A stretch of 64,000 nt of DNA from Carcharhinus amblyrhynchos. Taxonomy: Eukaryota. Location of the stretch: NCBI GenBank assembly GCA_965287045.1, contig OZ336878.1:68324001-68388000 (forward strand), given 5' to 3'. Made by a program: the position numbers and the translations under genes. The notes under the pieces were generated by a model. It had not been told where the DNA came from, did not search any database, and saw only the letters and a program-made list of their open reading frames with translations. This document shows positions 39,499 to 50,699 of the stretch, piece after piece; position 1 is the stretch's first letter; each line of letters opens with the position of its first letter.

Positions 39499-40140
39499 TA
39501 GATTCTTCACTCAGAGAGTGGTTGGGATGTGGAATAGACTGTCTGCTGTGATAGTGGAGTTGAACATTTTAGAAACTTTCAAGCAGTCATTGGATAGGCA
39601 CACCAGAATTATAGGGAGTGGGATTGCTTGATCTTGGGATTGGACATAGCTCAGCACAACACTGAGGGCCAAAGGGCCTGTACTGTGCTATAATGTTCTG
39701 TTTCTATGTAATCGCATTTGGCTTTTAAACCTTCCCATTTCCAGACTCATAGTTTTGCATCTACATCATCGAAATGGGATGGATCCAATTTGCAATGCTC
39801 GCAGGAAAGGTTATCAGGGATAGATGGGAATGAAAAACTAGAAACACAATCCGATCAGCCATAAATGGCCTACTTCTGCTCCTATTCTGTGTGTCCATAA
39901 ACATTCACATCACAATAGTCTATTGGAATGGAAAGTTTATTTCTGTGGTCTCATTTGCAGTGGCTATCCATATACGACCTGATTCCTAAGCAGAAAGGCT
40001 TTCTTTTGGGATGACATTGATGATACTAGTAACTGCATTAGTCCAAGCATCCTTCTGAATGATGTGAACTGAAAGGAAAGAAAAAATGTAGAGTACCTAT
40101 TCTTGCGTAACTTTAACTGATTGATATCGTACCACTTCCT

Positions 40141-40261
40141 GGGTGGAATTTTACCGTCCCACCCACCATGGGAATTGTATCGGGCAGAACCATGCAAAGG
40201 TCCATTGAGCTCGGGTGGGATTTTCTGGTCTTGGGGTGAGCGCGGCCAGAAAATCCTGCCC
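40141..40261. mobile_element. Small Harbinger-type MITE inside the integrase C-terminus
   Basis: TIRs gggtggaatttt / aaaatcctgccc. Homologous to 22627-22762 and 37391-37485. Confidence 0.8.
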
Positions 40262-40889
40262 CCCGTCTTTATCCTTTGACTTCCTGTTTCTCTGGAATTG
40301 TATCAAAACCACTGGATTCAATTTATCTACTGTGGAAAATTATTCTTTCCATTTGGGTTAGAACATGTTTTCATTTTTAGCATAATTGAGTACCATAACC
40401 ATATCCCATATCTGAAATTCAAAAGGTCTTACTTTCTTATCGAAGAATTTTTTGACCTGCTCCTTTCACTTTCCCAAGTTCATCACAACATAGTGGAATA
40501 TACAGTTTAGGTAAACCACCATCTGTTCTAGCCACTTGGAACTGCAAGGTTCCTGTGTCATTAGACCAACTGGAGTCAGCGACAGGTAGCTTGAAGTTTT
40601 CGTGAGTCTCCCTGTCATGGCCTGAAATAGGGACATCCCTGTCATTCTTTAAGGTGTGGATCTTATTTTCATGAGGCACAAAGTCAGCATGTTAGCCCAT
40701 TGAGGGGGGATGATCTGTATATAACTTAACAATGTTTTTATCTCCTCTCGCAACAATACCAGAGGACTGAGGGTGGTGGGTAATGTGCAATTTGTATGTG
40801 ATTGCTAACGATTTCTGCAGGTTGTCAAAAGAACTTCCCTGTGAAATGTGATCCTTGGGCACTGTACATCAGTGAACATTGTTTTATTC

Positions 40890-41198
40890 AATCATGTTAT
40901 GTGGGTGTTGCTGGCTGGGCCAGCATTTGTTGCCCATTTCAAAAATCAACCCCATTGCTGTAGATCTGGAGTTATATGTAGGCCAGACCAGATGAGGACA
41001 GGCAGATTTCCTCCCTAAAAGGCATTAGTTTTTTATAAGAATTGACAATGGTCTCATTAGACTTTATATTCCAGATTTTTTATTGGATTCAAATTTCACC
41101 ATCTGCCATGATGGGATTTGAACCCAGGGCTTGAGAGCATTTCCATGGGTCTCTGGATTACTACTCCAGTGACAATACCGTTAGACTACGCCTCTCCC
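40890..41198 (-). mobile_element. tRNA-derived SINE (27618-type) inserted in the integrase core
   Basis: Reverse-complement similarity to 27618-27977. Confidence 0.75.
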
Positions 41199-42111
41199 GT
41201 GTAATAGCAGTCTCACCTTATTCAATAAGATTTTAGCTGTGTTAAGGGTGGTATTCAACCTGTAGGGGAAAACTTCAATCCGTTTTGTGAACTATTCAAT
41301 CACAACCAAGTTATAGGTGTAATTACCTCGGATGGCTGGCAGGGGCCCAATAAAGTTAATCTGCAGATGTGTCCAAAGCCCATCTGGTGGTGGAGCATTG
41401 TGTAAATGAACCTTATTATTGTTTGGCAAGGAGTTCTGTTGGAGGCATGACAGATACTATGCCACACACTGGTTTACTGCATTCTGCATATTAGTCTGTA
41501 TTTGTAATTTCCTGGTAAGTAAGCTCAGCAGAATAATGACCACTGATAAGATGGGAGTACAGCACCCACACAATCTGTCTGCTGATTGGTGCATCAGCAA
41601 CTGAGTACCCGAATCGTGAGCCTTAGACATGTTCATGTTTTAGGCCTAAGGGTTTGGCTGGGGAAGAGTATTACCTTGATTATGCGATTTGATAGAGATG
41701 GCATGTGATGTGTACTGCTGCTGGAAGGATCCCAGGTCTATGGGACCACAGACATGTTGTGTTGACTCAGGAAGGCAATGGTTGGTACATTCTGGTCCCT
41801 GTTCTGACAAGCGGTCTCTTGAACTCTCTCTTCAAAGTTCTTTTCAACCTTCTCTTATCATACTTGTTGGCTAGTGTCAGTATTTAGCCTTAGATGGATT
41901 TACCATCCACTTTGGCCTGCATTTACAAACAACCCATCTCCAAGAAGATTCAATTCTAATGAGCCAAGGGCCGTTACCAGCCTTACACTGCCCACAGGTT
42001 AAACATCAACCAGAAGGATTTAGGCCCTAAAAATTTGTCAGAGAAAGGTCTCTGTACATCATACTGCTGGCATCCACCAGGTGAGTGAACAGTCAGCACT
42101 GGGCTCTTCCC

Positions 42112-42435
42112 TAGTATTTAATAGAGATGTTCATTATCTTGAGGAGTCTAGACAGGGTAGTTAAAGAGAAACTATTGCCATTGATGGAATAGTCAAGAAG
42201 CAGAGGGCAGAGAATTAAAGTCATTGACAAAAGGATCAAAGGTGACATGAGGAACAACATTTTACACACTGAATAGTTGAGATCTCGAACGCATTGCCCG
42301 AGACTCAATCGTGGCTTTCAAAAGGGAATTGACTAAGCTTCCAAAGAGAGAAAGGGGAAAGGTGAGGAAATGGGTCATGCTAAATTGCTCTTGCAAAGTC
42401 AGCATGATTAGGCCAAATGGCCGCCTTCTATGTCT
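42112..42435 (+). mobile_element. CR1 3' fragment, apparently continuing the CR1 broken at ~37695
   Basis: gaagagaagattga (to ~37696) joined to tttaatagagatgttc (from ~42117) reads as contiguous CR1 RRL..DLIEMF. Confidence 0.65.
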
Positions 42436-43402
42436 AAGTTGAAGCTTATCCCAAGAACAGTCACCTGGAGGATTAAGCAGCTTAATTCAGCACTTAAGTT
42501 TCCTGCTCAACTTCATTAAGAAGGCTGTACTCCATTTTGGTGCTAACACTTCACCTCATGTCTTCTACCAGCAACTAGCTGATTTGGAGTAAACTAGTCA
42601 CTAGAAAGGATTTTGAGCAATATTGCAGGACCTCTCACCTTTTAATGTTCACTTACAGCTAGAGAGTTGAAGAGTACTTTTGAAACACTACAGGAAGGTT
42701 TTCTAGAGCGCTTTGTCAAGATGTTATGACCCATCATCATTTAATGTGGAAATTTTCTGAGGATTTCGCTTAAAATGTGTGGGTGCTGTGCTATTCCACC
42801 TTAAAGGAGGCACCAAGAGAAAGGGAATGCTTGGTTATTGACATAATGCTTAGGTTCCTCCTCAGTCTGCAAGAGGAATGAGAAAATGAAATAAAGCTAG
42901 GCAGAGCCAGCCCAGTTGCTACAGGATAGAGGAACATGAGAGTTTGGGAGTGAGGAGAGTTCCAGGATCATGGTGACTTGCATGCTCCAAAATCGGGTAA
43001 TTATAAGAGAATAACCATTACTACCAGTAATTGTGCCACAGGGTGCAGCTCAGGAGCCATAAGAGGAAGAGGAGAAGGGGGATGAAGAGAGAGAAAGAGG
43101 AAGACAAGGTAATCTGCTTCCACACTGCAAGTGCAGGACATCTACCCTCCAAACCTCTTCCACCAAAACCTCTACTGTGCATCCTCTTAGTCAGTCTCTG
43201 AGCCATCCAGAAAAGTCAGCCTATTTCACACATTTCAACAGACATGGGTGAGTGGACCCCATGCATGCTGCTCCATCGAAATTACATCTAATCCTTTCAA
43301 GCAGGCTAAACCTGCAATGTTTATGACCTCCAGGTAAATTCAGCAATTAGCATCAAAATTGATGCAAAAACCAGACTTTGAGAGAGGAATGCTTACTCAC
43401 TC

Positions 43403-44096
43403 AACAAAAGCAAATTACTGCGGATGCTGGAATCTGAAGCCAAAAGAAAAAATGCTGGAAAATCTCAGCAGGCCTGTCAGCATCTGTAAAAAATGGTGTT
43501 TTAGAGTCCAGCTAACCCTTTGAGAAAGCTAAAAGGTATAGAAAGTGGGAGATACAGTAGGGTGAGGAAATAAAACTTGAGTCATAGCCACAAAAACAAG
43601 GGGAAAGGATAAGAGATGCTAATGGAAGTCCATAGAGAGAAAAGAAGGTGTGAATGGCCAAATGGCAGAGAAGCTGAAATCAAAGGGTAATCTGTTATAA
43701 ATGAAGATTTGGGGGGGAGGGGGGAGATGGGCAGGAGAGAGATAAAATTGAGGAAAAGGGAAGCAAAAGGGGGGAAGAGTGGGGGAGAAAAGACAATAAA
43801 GAAATAAAAATAAAAACAGTTAAAGATTAAATAAAATGAAAACAAAGGAGTCGAGGTGGGTAGAGCTAATCATCTGAAGTTGTTGAATTCGATGTTGAGT
43901 CAGGAAGGCTGTATTTTGCTTAGCTGAAAGACGAGATGCTGTTCCTGAAGGAACTGAAGGGATCAGCTATGATAGTAATGAATGGCGGAGCAGGCTCGAA
44001 GAGCCGAATGGCTGCCTCCTACCTCTAGAAGTCAGGTCTTTTCTCTCCTTACAGAGGCTTCCAGACCCGTTGAGATTTTCCAGCACTTTTTTTTGG
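43403..44096 (-). mobile_element. Penelope-like element 3' fragment with inverted terminal segment
   Basis: 43870-43946 (-) encodes EQHLVFQLSKIQPS*LNIEFNNFR*, a PLE GIY-YIG end. aaatgctggaaaatctcagcagg at the left is inverted as ttgagattttccagcactttt at the right. Confidence 0.75.
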
Positions 44097-44919
44097 TATA
44101 CCTTTTCACTCACCCATTTAGCACCTGCTCCATTCTTTAATCAAAGTAACTCCCAGTTTCTCTTAAGGAGACCTATTTAACCAGTATCACTATTGTTGAG
44201 AGATTCCTAATCATATTTGAATATGCATCTACAACATTCCTTTAAATTACACAGGTTATTTGAGTACATTAAATTTACTTACTAACATTTTAATCAATTG
44301 ATTCCACTATCTACACCCCATATTGTATTTTAATTAACTTAATTATCATATCACCCTCAGTGATCTTGATTATGAATACATAGCAATGTAAAAGTCATAA
44401 TCAGAAACAATCCCAAAAAAGAAATCAATTTTCTTAATAGTTCATACATTTGTATCACCCGTTATTATGCAGATTACTTATTTTTAGAAGACAATGGATT
44501 GTGGCAGCATGTGGATTTGCATAATGTTCAATAGAAATCACAAATATTTTAACAACTTCCCATCCAGCGACTTCAGCAAACTTCATTCTTTCGAATGCTA
44601 TATCTCCAAACTTCAATGTTTTGGCTTCCAGGCCTTTTCTGCTTGAATTTACCATGAGGTTTTACCTATATGTCTCCTGCTCAGTATCATATATTTGGAC
44701 TTTACATTTGGAAATCAGATCTCCTGCCCATGCGTATTTATGTAAAATCTGGCATGTTAATGTCAGCTCACTCACCCAATGTCATCATGTTGGTCTCCAA
44801 TTACAGAGGCCAGGTGGGCATGAAAATTGGCAAGCCACCTGCCATTTAAATAAAAACAAATCAACAAGCGATTAAGCTTATTAATAGGCAATAGACTTAC
44901 ATTTTACGTTGCCCATGCC

Positions 44920-45888
44920 ATGATCTGGAGGAGGGAACCGAGTGTAGGGTGTCGAAATTTGCTGATGACACCAAGATTGGAGGAAAGGCAAATTGTGCGG
45001 AGGGTGTGGAGAGTCTACAGAAGGATCTAGATAGGCTGGGCGAATGGGCCAGGAAATGGCAAATGGAATTTAATGTTGGCAAGTGCGAGGTGGTCCACTT
45101 TGGTAGGAATAATGGTAGGAAGGATTATCACTTACGTGGCGAAAAACTGCAGCAGGCGACGGTGCAGAGGGACTTCGGGGTCCTTGTGCATGAGTCGCAA
45201 AAACCCAGCTTGCAGGTGCAGCAGGTGGTCAGGAAGGCAAATGGGATGCTGGCCTTCATAGCGAGGGGGATTGAATATAAAAGTGGGGAGGTCTTGCTGC
45301 GGCTGTATAGGGCATTGGTGAGGCTACAGCTGGAGTACTGTGTGCAGTTTTGGGCGCCGTACTTACACAAGGATATTTTGGCCTTGGAGGGAGTGCAGAG
45401 GAGGTTTACTAGGCTGATGCCAGAGTTAAGGGGGTTGAGCTATGAGGAGAGGCTGAATAAACTAGGCTTGTACTCGTTAGAGTTTAGAAGAATGAGGGGA
45501 GATCTCATTGAGACGTATAAGATGATGAATGGGATGGATAGGATAGAGGTGGAGAGACTCTTCCCGCTCAGAAAGGATAATTGGACTAGGGGGCACAGCC
45601 TCAAGATAAAGGGAGGGCGGTTTAGAACGGAGTTGAGGAGGAACTTCTTCACTCAAAGGGTGGTGAATCTCTGGAATTCTCTGCCCGTTGAAGTGGTGGA
45701 GGCTACCTCGCTAAATATTTTTAAGACGCGGGTTGATGGGTTTTTGATAAGAGAGGGGATTAAGGGTTATGGGGAGAGGGCGGGAATGTGGAACTGAGCC
45801 ACAACAGATCAGCCATGATCTTATTGAATGGCGGGGCAGGCTCGAAGGGCTGGATGGCCTACTCCTGCTCCTATTTCTTATGTTCTTA
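44920..45888 (+). mobile_element. Young CR1 LINE (282-aa open ORF)
   Basis: ORF 44949-45797 runs from SKFADDTK to the stop. Same family as 7400-8323. Confidence 0.95.
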
Positions 45889-46329
45889 TATTATGTTATG
45901 AATAAAAAGGCTGCAAGCAGGATTATGGCTGACTTTAGTAGAAGAGTCAGCTGGAGAAGATGGGAGAGTTTGCTAGTGTTGCAAGTTACTTTAATAATTA
46001 TTTTGAGCCTTCAGTTGGAAATATTGTCAGAGAAGGTGATTTAGAGATAGATGGAAAATGAATGTTCTGTACCCAGTACTGGACCCTGAAATCAGTACCT
46101 ATCAGCATTATACATTCCAGCGGATGATCCTGCTCCAGTGAGGAGAAGGGGGAGGGAAGCTAACCAAGGACAAGATGCCCTGTGGTCCAGTAAGTTGTGG
46201 AACCTGCTGCTGAACAAGAGCCTACAGAGGAGAGACAACAGCAGCAAGTAGACAGAAACTAGCCTGCCAATGGGTATACCCTCAAAAGATGACACACTTC
46301 CAAGTGTCGGGGTGCCAGTGTCTGAGAAT

Positions 46330-46895
46330 CTTGGTATTTCTTCAGGGATACAGAAACGTTATTGTGTGACTGGTCGGTTGGGGACATTGCCTCAAATTGT
46401 TTTGGAGAACACATTATGCCTGCAGCAACGACGGTCACAGTGGCCCTGAATTTATTTGCCTCAGTGTCCTTCCAGGCAAAATCTGGAGACCTTTGTGAGA
46501 TCTCACAGCCAGTAGCCCATCACTCACAGATGCAATATTCAGATGTGCCCATGAGTTCATTTCATTAAGCCTTGACAATGCCCACCAGGCAGACACAGCC
46601 AGAGACTTTTTAAACATTGCAGGATTTCCAAAGGTGCAAGACATAATAGATTGCACACACGCAATAATAAAAATGTCACTGGGGCAGCTAGGGTATTTCT
46701 GACCAGAAAAGGCTATCATTCCATCAATGCGCAGTTTGCATATGACCACAGGCAAAGAATAATGCAGGTGTGCACACGCTATTCTGACAGCAGTCATGAA
46801 GCCTCTAATCCTTAGACTCTCTCAGGTATCTGAGATGCTATGTGGACCAGAATACTTTGATGATTGCCTTTTAGGCGGTGAAGGATACTCCCAGA
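46330..46895 (+). pseudogene. Harbinger (HARBI1-like) transposase remnant
   Basis: TVTVALNLFASVSFQAKSGDLCEISQP, IAGFPKVQDIIDCTH, KGYHSINAQ and LLGGEGY motifs in order, with stops and frameshifts. Confidence 0.85.
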
Positions 46896-46904
46896 GAGAT
46901 GTAT

Positions 46905-47390
46905 TTTTAAAATATATATATATTTTTATTGAAGAATATTTTGCTTTATACAAATAATTCAACAAACTCTCAAAGATTGGTACAGTACAGCAAGACCATT
47001 TTCAAACAAGAACATGGAGGAAGAGAGAAAAAAAATTAAAAACCCAGTTAGTTTGGATGATTCATTGTATCCAGCACCTTCCACCACAAAGTGATAAAAA
47101 CATATATTGAAGGATAGGGGAAACATCAGGCTAACAGGATATAGCCACAGTTGGCTCAGTAGTACAGTACCAAGCTCACCGGATCACAGAAACGGAGCCA
47201 CAGTACTTAGAGAAAACCTTTCTGAGCTCAGAACTATTAAGGACCCTATACTTTACAGAATGTATCTGATAGCTCAAAGTAAATAAATCAAAAATACCAA
47301 TGGTATAAATTCCACAAAGATTTTGTACCAATTCTGAATTGAAGGGGGCTTATCACTTATCCACAAGCAAACAATATTCTTCCATGCTGC
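46905..47390 (-). mobile_element. L1/Tx1-type LINE 3' end
   Basis: Minus strand KNIVCLWISDKPPSIQNWYKIFVEFIPL resembles the L1-clade ORF2 C-terminus. Ends in AATAAA plus an A/TA-rich tail. Confidence 0.6.
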
Positions 47391-47400
47391 AAATATTAGG

Positions 47401-47912
47401 ATTTGATTTATTATTATTGTGTATTAGGATACAGTGAAACGTATGTGTTGTCTATATACTCCATCTCGTCATTGTTTTGAGATCTGACCCACTACGGTGG
47501 TATCATCAGCAAACTTGAAAATGGAGTGGAATTTGGCCATACAATCATAGGTATATAAGGAATATAGTAAAGGGCTAAGGACACAGCCTTGTAGGGCACC
47601 AGTGTTGAGGATAATCACGGAGGAGGTGTTGTTGCTATGGTCTGTGGATTAGGAAGTCTAGAATTCAGTCACAGAAGGAGGAGCTGAGCCATAGGCCAGA
47701 GTTTCGAGATGAGTTTTGTAGGAATAATGGTGTTGAAGGCTGAGCTGTAGTCAATAAATGGGAGTCTTTGTTATCCAGGTGTTCCAGGATTAAGCATAGG
47801 GCCAGGGAGATGGCGTCTGCTATGGACCTGTTGCAGCAATAAGGGCAGACTGTAGTAGATCCAAGCAACTTGGGAGACTTGAATTGATCCATGCCAGGAC
47901 CAACTGTGCCAG
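47401..47912 (-). mobile_element. Rex1/Babar fragment, internally deleted
   Basis: Homologous to 20000-21362. Confidence 0.8.
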
Positions 47913-47974
47913 GACCAAAAAGAGTTGTCTTTTTAAGTAAGTTCCTAAGTTGCAAGGTTCTAAAAGAGGAATGT

Positions 47975-48222
47975 TTTGGAATATCCCCAAGTCTCCACAC
48001 TCTGACACCTGCTCGGGTACACCGAGTGAGAATTTAGCGTGACCAATGTACCAACCAGCACATCTTTCAACTTGTGGGAGGAAACCCATGCAGACACGGC
48101 TGGGGGGGGGGGTGGCGGTGTGGGGAGAGGCATACAGATTCTGCACTGAAAGTGACCCAAGCCAATCGATACCCAGATCCCTGGTGCGCTGTGAGGCAGC
48201 TGTGCTAACCACTGCGCCACCA
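47975..48222 (-). mobile_element. HE1-like SINE (alternative tail subfamily)
   Basis: Head ggtggcgcagtggttagcacagctgcctcacagcg. Tail tgtacccgagcagg..ggagtgtgg is shared with 60013-60315. Confidence 0.8.
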
Positions 48223-48299
48223 TGACAACCACACATGCAAGAAACAATACTTTTCACTGTATCCCAATACACTAATAAATCAAATAATTCCGCCTTGGG

Positions 48300-49350
48300 A
48301 TCCTTAAGATATTAATTTCAAGTGTAAATGATTAAATTCGTTGGGTGTTTCGCACATAAGTATGTCAGCAGGAACGTGGGTGTGGAGTTTGAGCACTGCC
48401 GCTGGGCAATGAGCAGTGAACTCCCTGGAAACGTCCTTGCTCACCGCCGCCCTGTCGACAGGCGGAACCGACTTCGTGCGTTTGCCCCGTGAGGCGGGCC
48501 CTGGCCTCGCGCGCACAGCCTGCGGTACCGCCACGTCAGTGAGACTGGCGGGGAGGAATGAGGGAGGGCCGCGCCTTTGCTGTGTGTATTGAGCCGGGAG
48601 GAGGAAGGGGCAGCGGCGGCGAGAAGAGGACATGAGAGCGAGAGAGGCGGGGTGGTACAGCCCCATCCGTGTCCATCAACTCCGCGTGGCCTGGCCGGCA
48701 CCTTTGATGCTGGCTTTAAATACGGGTGTACCCGGACACGGAAAGGCGCGGATATGATCAGTGGGGGCGAGAGTTTTACCTCAGCCTGTTGGAAAAAAAT
48801 ATATATTTGCTTAGTTATAAAATAAAACCGGGCCTACTCACCGTATTGACGGTGCGAAACGAAAAATAAATTCCATTCGGCGTTCAGGAAATCGAATTCA
48901 ATTTTGAAATTTCAAAATATTATAGGTTTTTAAAAAATTGATCATAACTCGTACTGACTGACTGAAGTTAGCCCGCTGAGCTCGCGCTCGGTTTGAAGGG
49001 GGTTTGGAACGCGGGGCTGTTGGTGCGGGCGGCACGCGGCAGGGAATGGACTGGGACCGGGAACTGGCCGACCAGCGCCAGCAGCTGGAGCTGGCCGACC
49101 AGGCTCACTTGCTCCGCTTCTGGGACGAGCTGAACGAGGCCGAGCGAGCCGAGCTGCTGGGCGACCTGAGCGGCTGCAACTTCTCCGAGATCATGCAGTT
49201 CTTCCACCGGGCCATGCAGATGCCGGCGCCGCTCGAGCAGCAGATGGACGAGCAGATGGAGCCGGTGCCCAGGGAGGTGCAGGGCAGCGTGACCAGAGAC
49301 CGGGAGCGGCTGCCCGAATGGGAGGCGGAGGGTAAGTCAGAGCACGACTA
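48300..49350 (+). promoter_or_regulatory. CpG island / promoter of UAP1
   Basis: The only extended CpG-rich, repeat-free block in the window. GC boxes (gaggcggg at 48491 and ~48643) and GCCACGTCA at 48530-48538. Overlaps the first coding exon. Confidence 0.85.
49046..49331 (+). CDS. UAP1: UDP-N-acetylhexosamine pyrophosphorylase, first coding exon (gene continues beyond the window)
   Basis: MDWDRELADQRQQLELADQAHLLRFWDEL..NFSEIMQFFHRAM..MEPVPREVQGSVTRD..WEAEG matches the remembered vertebrate UAP1 N-terminus (QEHLLRFWNEL, NFEELNFFFQKA, MEPVPREVLGSATRD, WESEG) better than UAP1L1. Strong Kozak ggaATGG. Donor G|GTAAGT at 49332. Confidence 0.92.
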
Positions 49351-49904
49351 AATCTGTTTTTATTTTGTGTGTGTATATACATATCCGATTTAACACTTCA
49401 TTTGGGGGGATGCTCTTTACATCAAGCTGTACCCGTAGACCTCAAATTGGCGGCACACCGTCCTTGGTGATGCTTCCACAGTTGATTAGCCACCTCACTG
49501 CACTGGGACATTTCGGATCCTCAAGTTGAGAGTGACAGCTGTAAACCCTTAACACCAACAAAACTGCGTTTCCACAGCCGAGAAAGGCAAATAAAAACTT
49601 CTGTGTCCCACCCAGCGTAGGATGCACATGGCTTCATATCACAGTTCTTCAATGGGGTCCAGATCCTACAGTACACTGTGATTTATTTTTGCTGTTCGTT
49701 GGTCTTTCAAGCCCTTAATTGTCGATAAGCTCAGTGTGTCTGTCTGTTGAACTACTCAATACTTTCTCCTTCTGTCTTTTATAGAACAACACCTTTTTTG
49801 TGTATGTCCATCCTGTTTTAATTGATTAGAAACAGGCACTTGAAGAACGGAAACTCACAATGCATGTGTGGTTGCCAGTGGTCAGGGGCAAAGGGATACT
49901 GGAG

Positions 49905-50115
49905 AACAAAAACAGCAAATTGTAAGGGGAGTCTGACAAGGTTACTCATAGAGAAGAACAGAAACTGGATGACCCTTTTTATCAAAGCTTTGACATAAGG
50001 TCATCCAGTCTGGAAACATTAGCTCTGTTCTCTCTCTCTCTCCACAGAAGCTGTCAGGCCTGAGATTTTCAAGCATTTTTTGTTTCAGATTCCAGCGTCC
50101 AATACTTTGATTTTA
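49905..50115. mobile_element. Head-to-head (fold-back) Penelope-like terminal remnant
   Basis: Symmetry centre tcaaagctttga at 49982-49993, arms actggatgacc / ggtcatccagt. The right part (tgagattttcaagcattt..ttcagattccagc) matches the terminus at 43403-43490. Confidence 0.65.
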
Positions 50116-50699
50116 ATAAAGTGACACTGCTCGCAAGATTATTACTATGAGCAAGGTGGAAGGCGAGAGAGAGAGATGGAAGCAATGAGATGAATTTACT
50201 ATGAGGGAATATGGGAGGGGTAGATGTGATTTGGAATTGGTTAAGTGTAGTAAAATGGCAGAGACAATTATTTGATGCAACTTATTTAGAAGCTATTTGT
50301 GCTAACAGTGAAGATTCACTGGATTTGAATGAAAAAGTTTTAGAAATACTGTCAAGTAAATTGAAAGAATACATGAATGTTGATCCTTTAGGTGAAGAAG
50401 GTGGTAAGTCTTTAGAATCATACTGCGTAAAACAGTAGAGGATAATGTGCATACCACCGCACAAACCTTTAAAGCAATACTGTTGCAATAAATAGAATAA
50501 TTTGACTGCACATGTTTTGTAGGGCTATGCTAGTCTTTCAGATACAAGACAACTTAATGACATCCATTTTAAAATAGAATGATTCTTGGTTTCATGTTAA
50601 CACCTGTTGCTTAATTGCCTGTCCCAAATATTTATTCTAAGGTGTGGAGACTTTTAAAAAACATTTAGGCGTAGTTGTTTCTATTTTTTTCTTTTCAGC

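Larger units (their letters stand above)
38705..39708 (+). mobile_element. CR1 3' fragment split by a Penelope-like insertion
   Basis: SYEERLRELGLFSLEQRRMRG..., resuming at 39499 with ttcttcactcagagagtggt. Confidence 0.88.
40100..41585 (-). pseudogene. Decayed LTR-retroelement / endogenous retrovirus integrase, interrupted by a SINE and a MITE
   Basis: Hand translation of the minus strand gives, in order: HLISGHYSAELTY..NQCVA*YLSCLQQN (HHCC finger), PPPDGLWTHLQINFIGPLP..VVIE*FTKRIEVFP..NTAKILL, SAQGSHFTG, HHPQSSGIVAR, IRSTP..TGMSLFQAMTGR, KFFDKKVRPFEFQIWDMVMV..PKWK..VDKLNPV and KWYDINQLK. Confidence 0.88.

Noticed and set aside
46330-46895. Domesticated HARBI1 gene
   Set aside because: Stops, frameshifts and truncation by an L1 fragment indicate a transposon relic.
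49004-49351. 115-aa ORF as a complete protein
   Set aside because: It starts at a TTG and reads through the splice donor. The real exon is ATG 49046 to 49331.
48304-49382. Several antisense and alternative-frame ORFs in the CpG island
   Set aside because: Expected from high GC content and the UAP1 antisense shadow. No recognisable domain.
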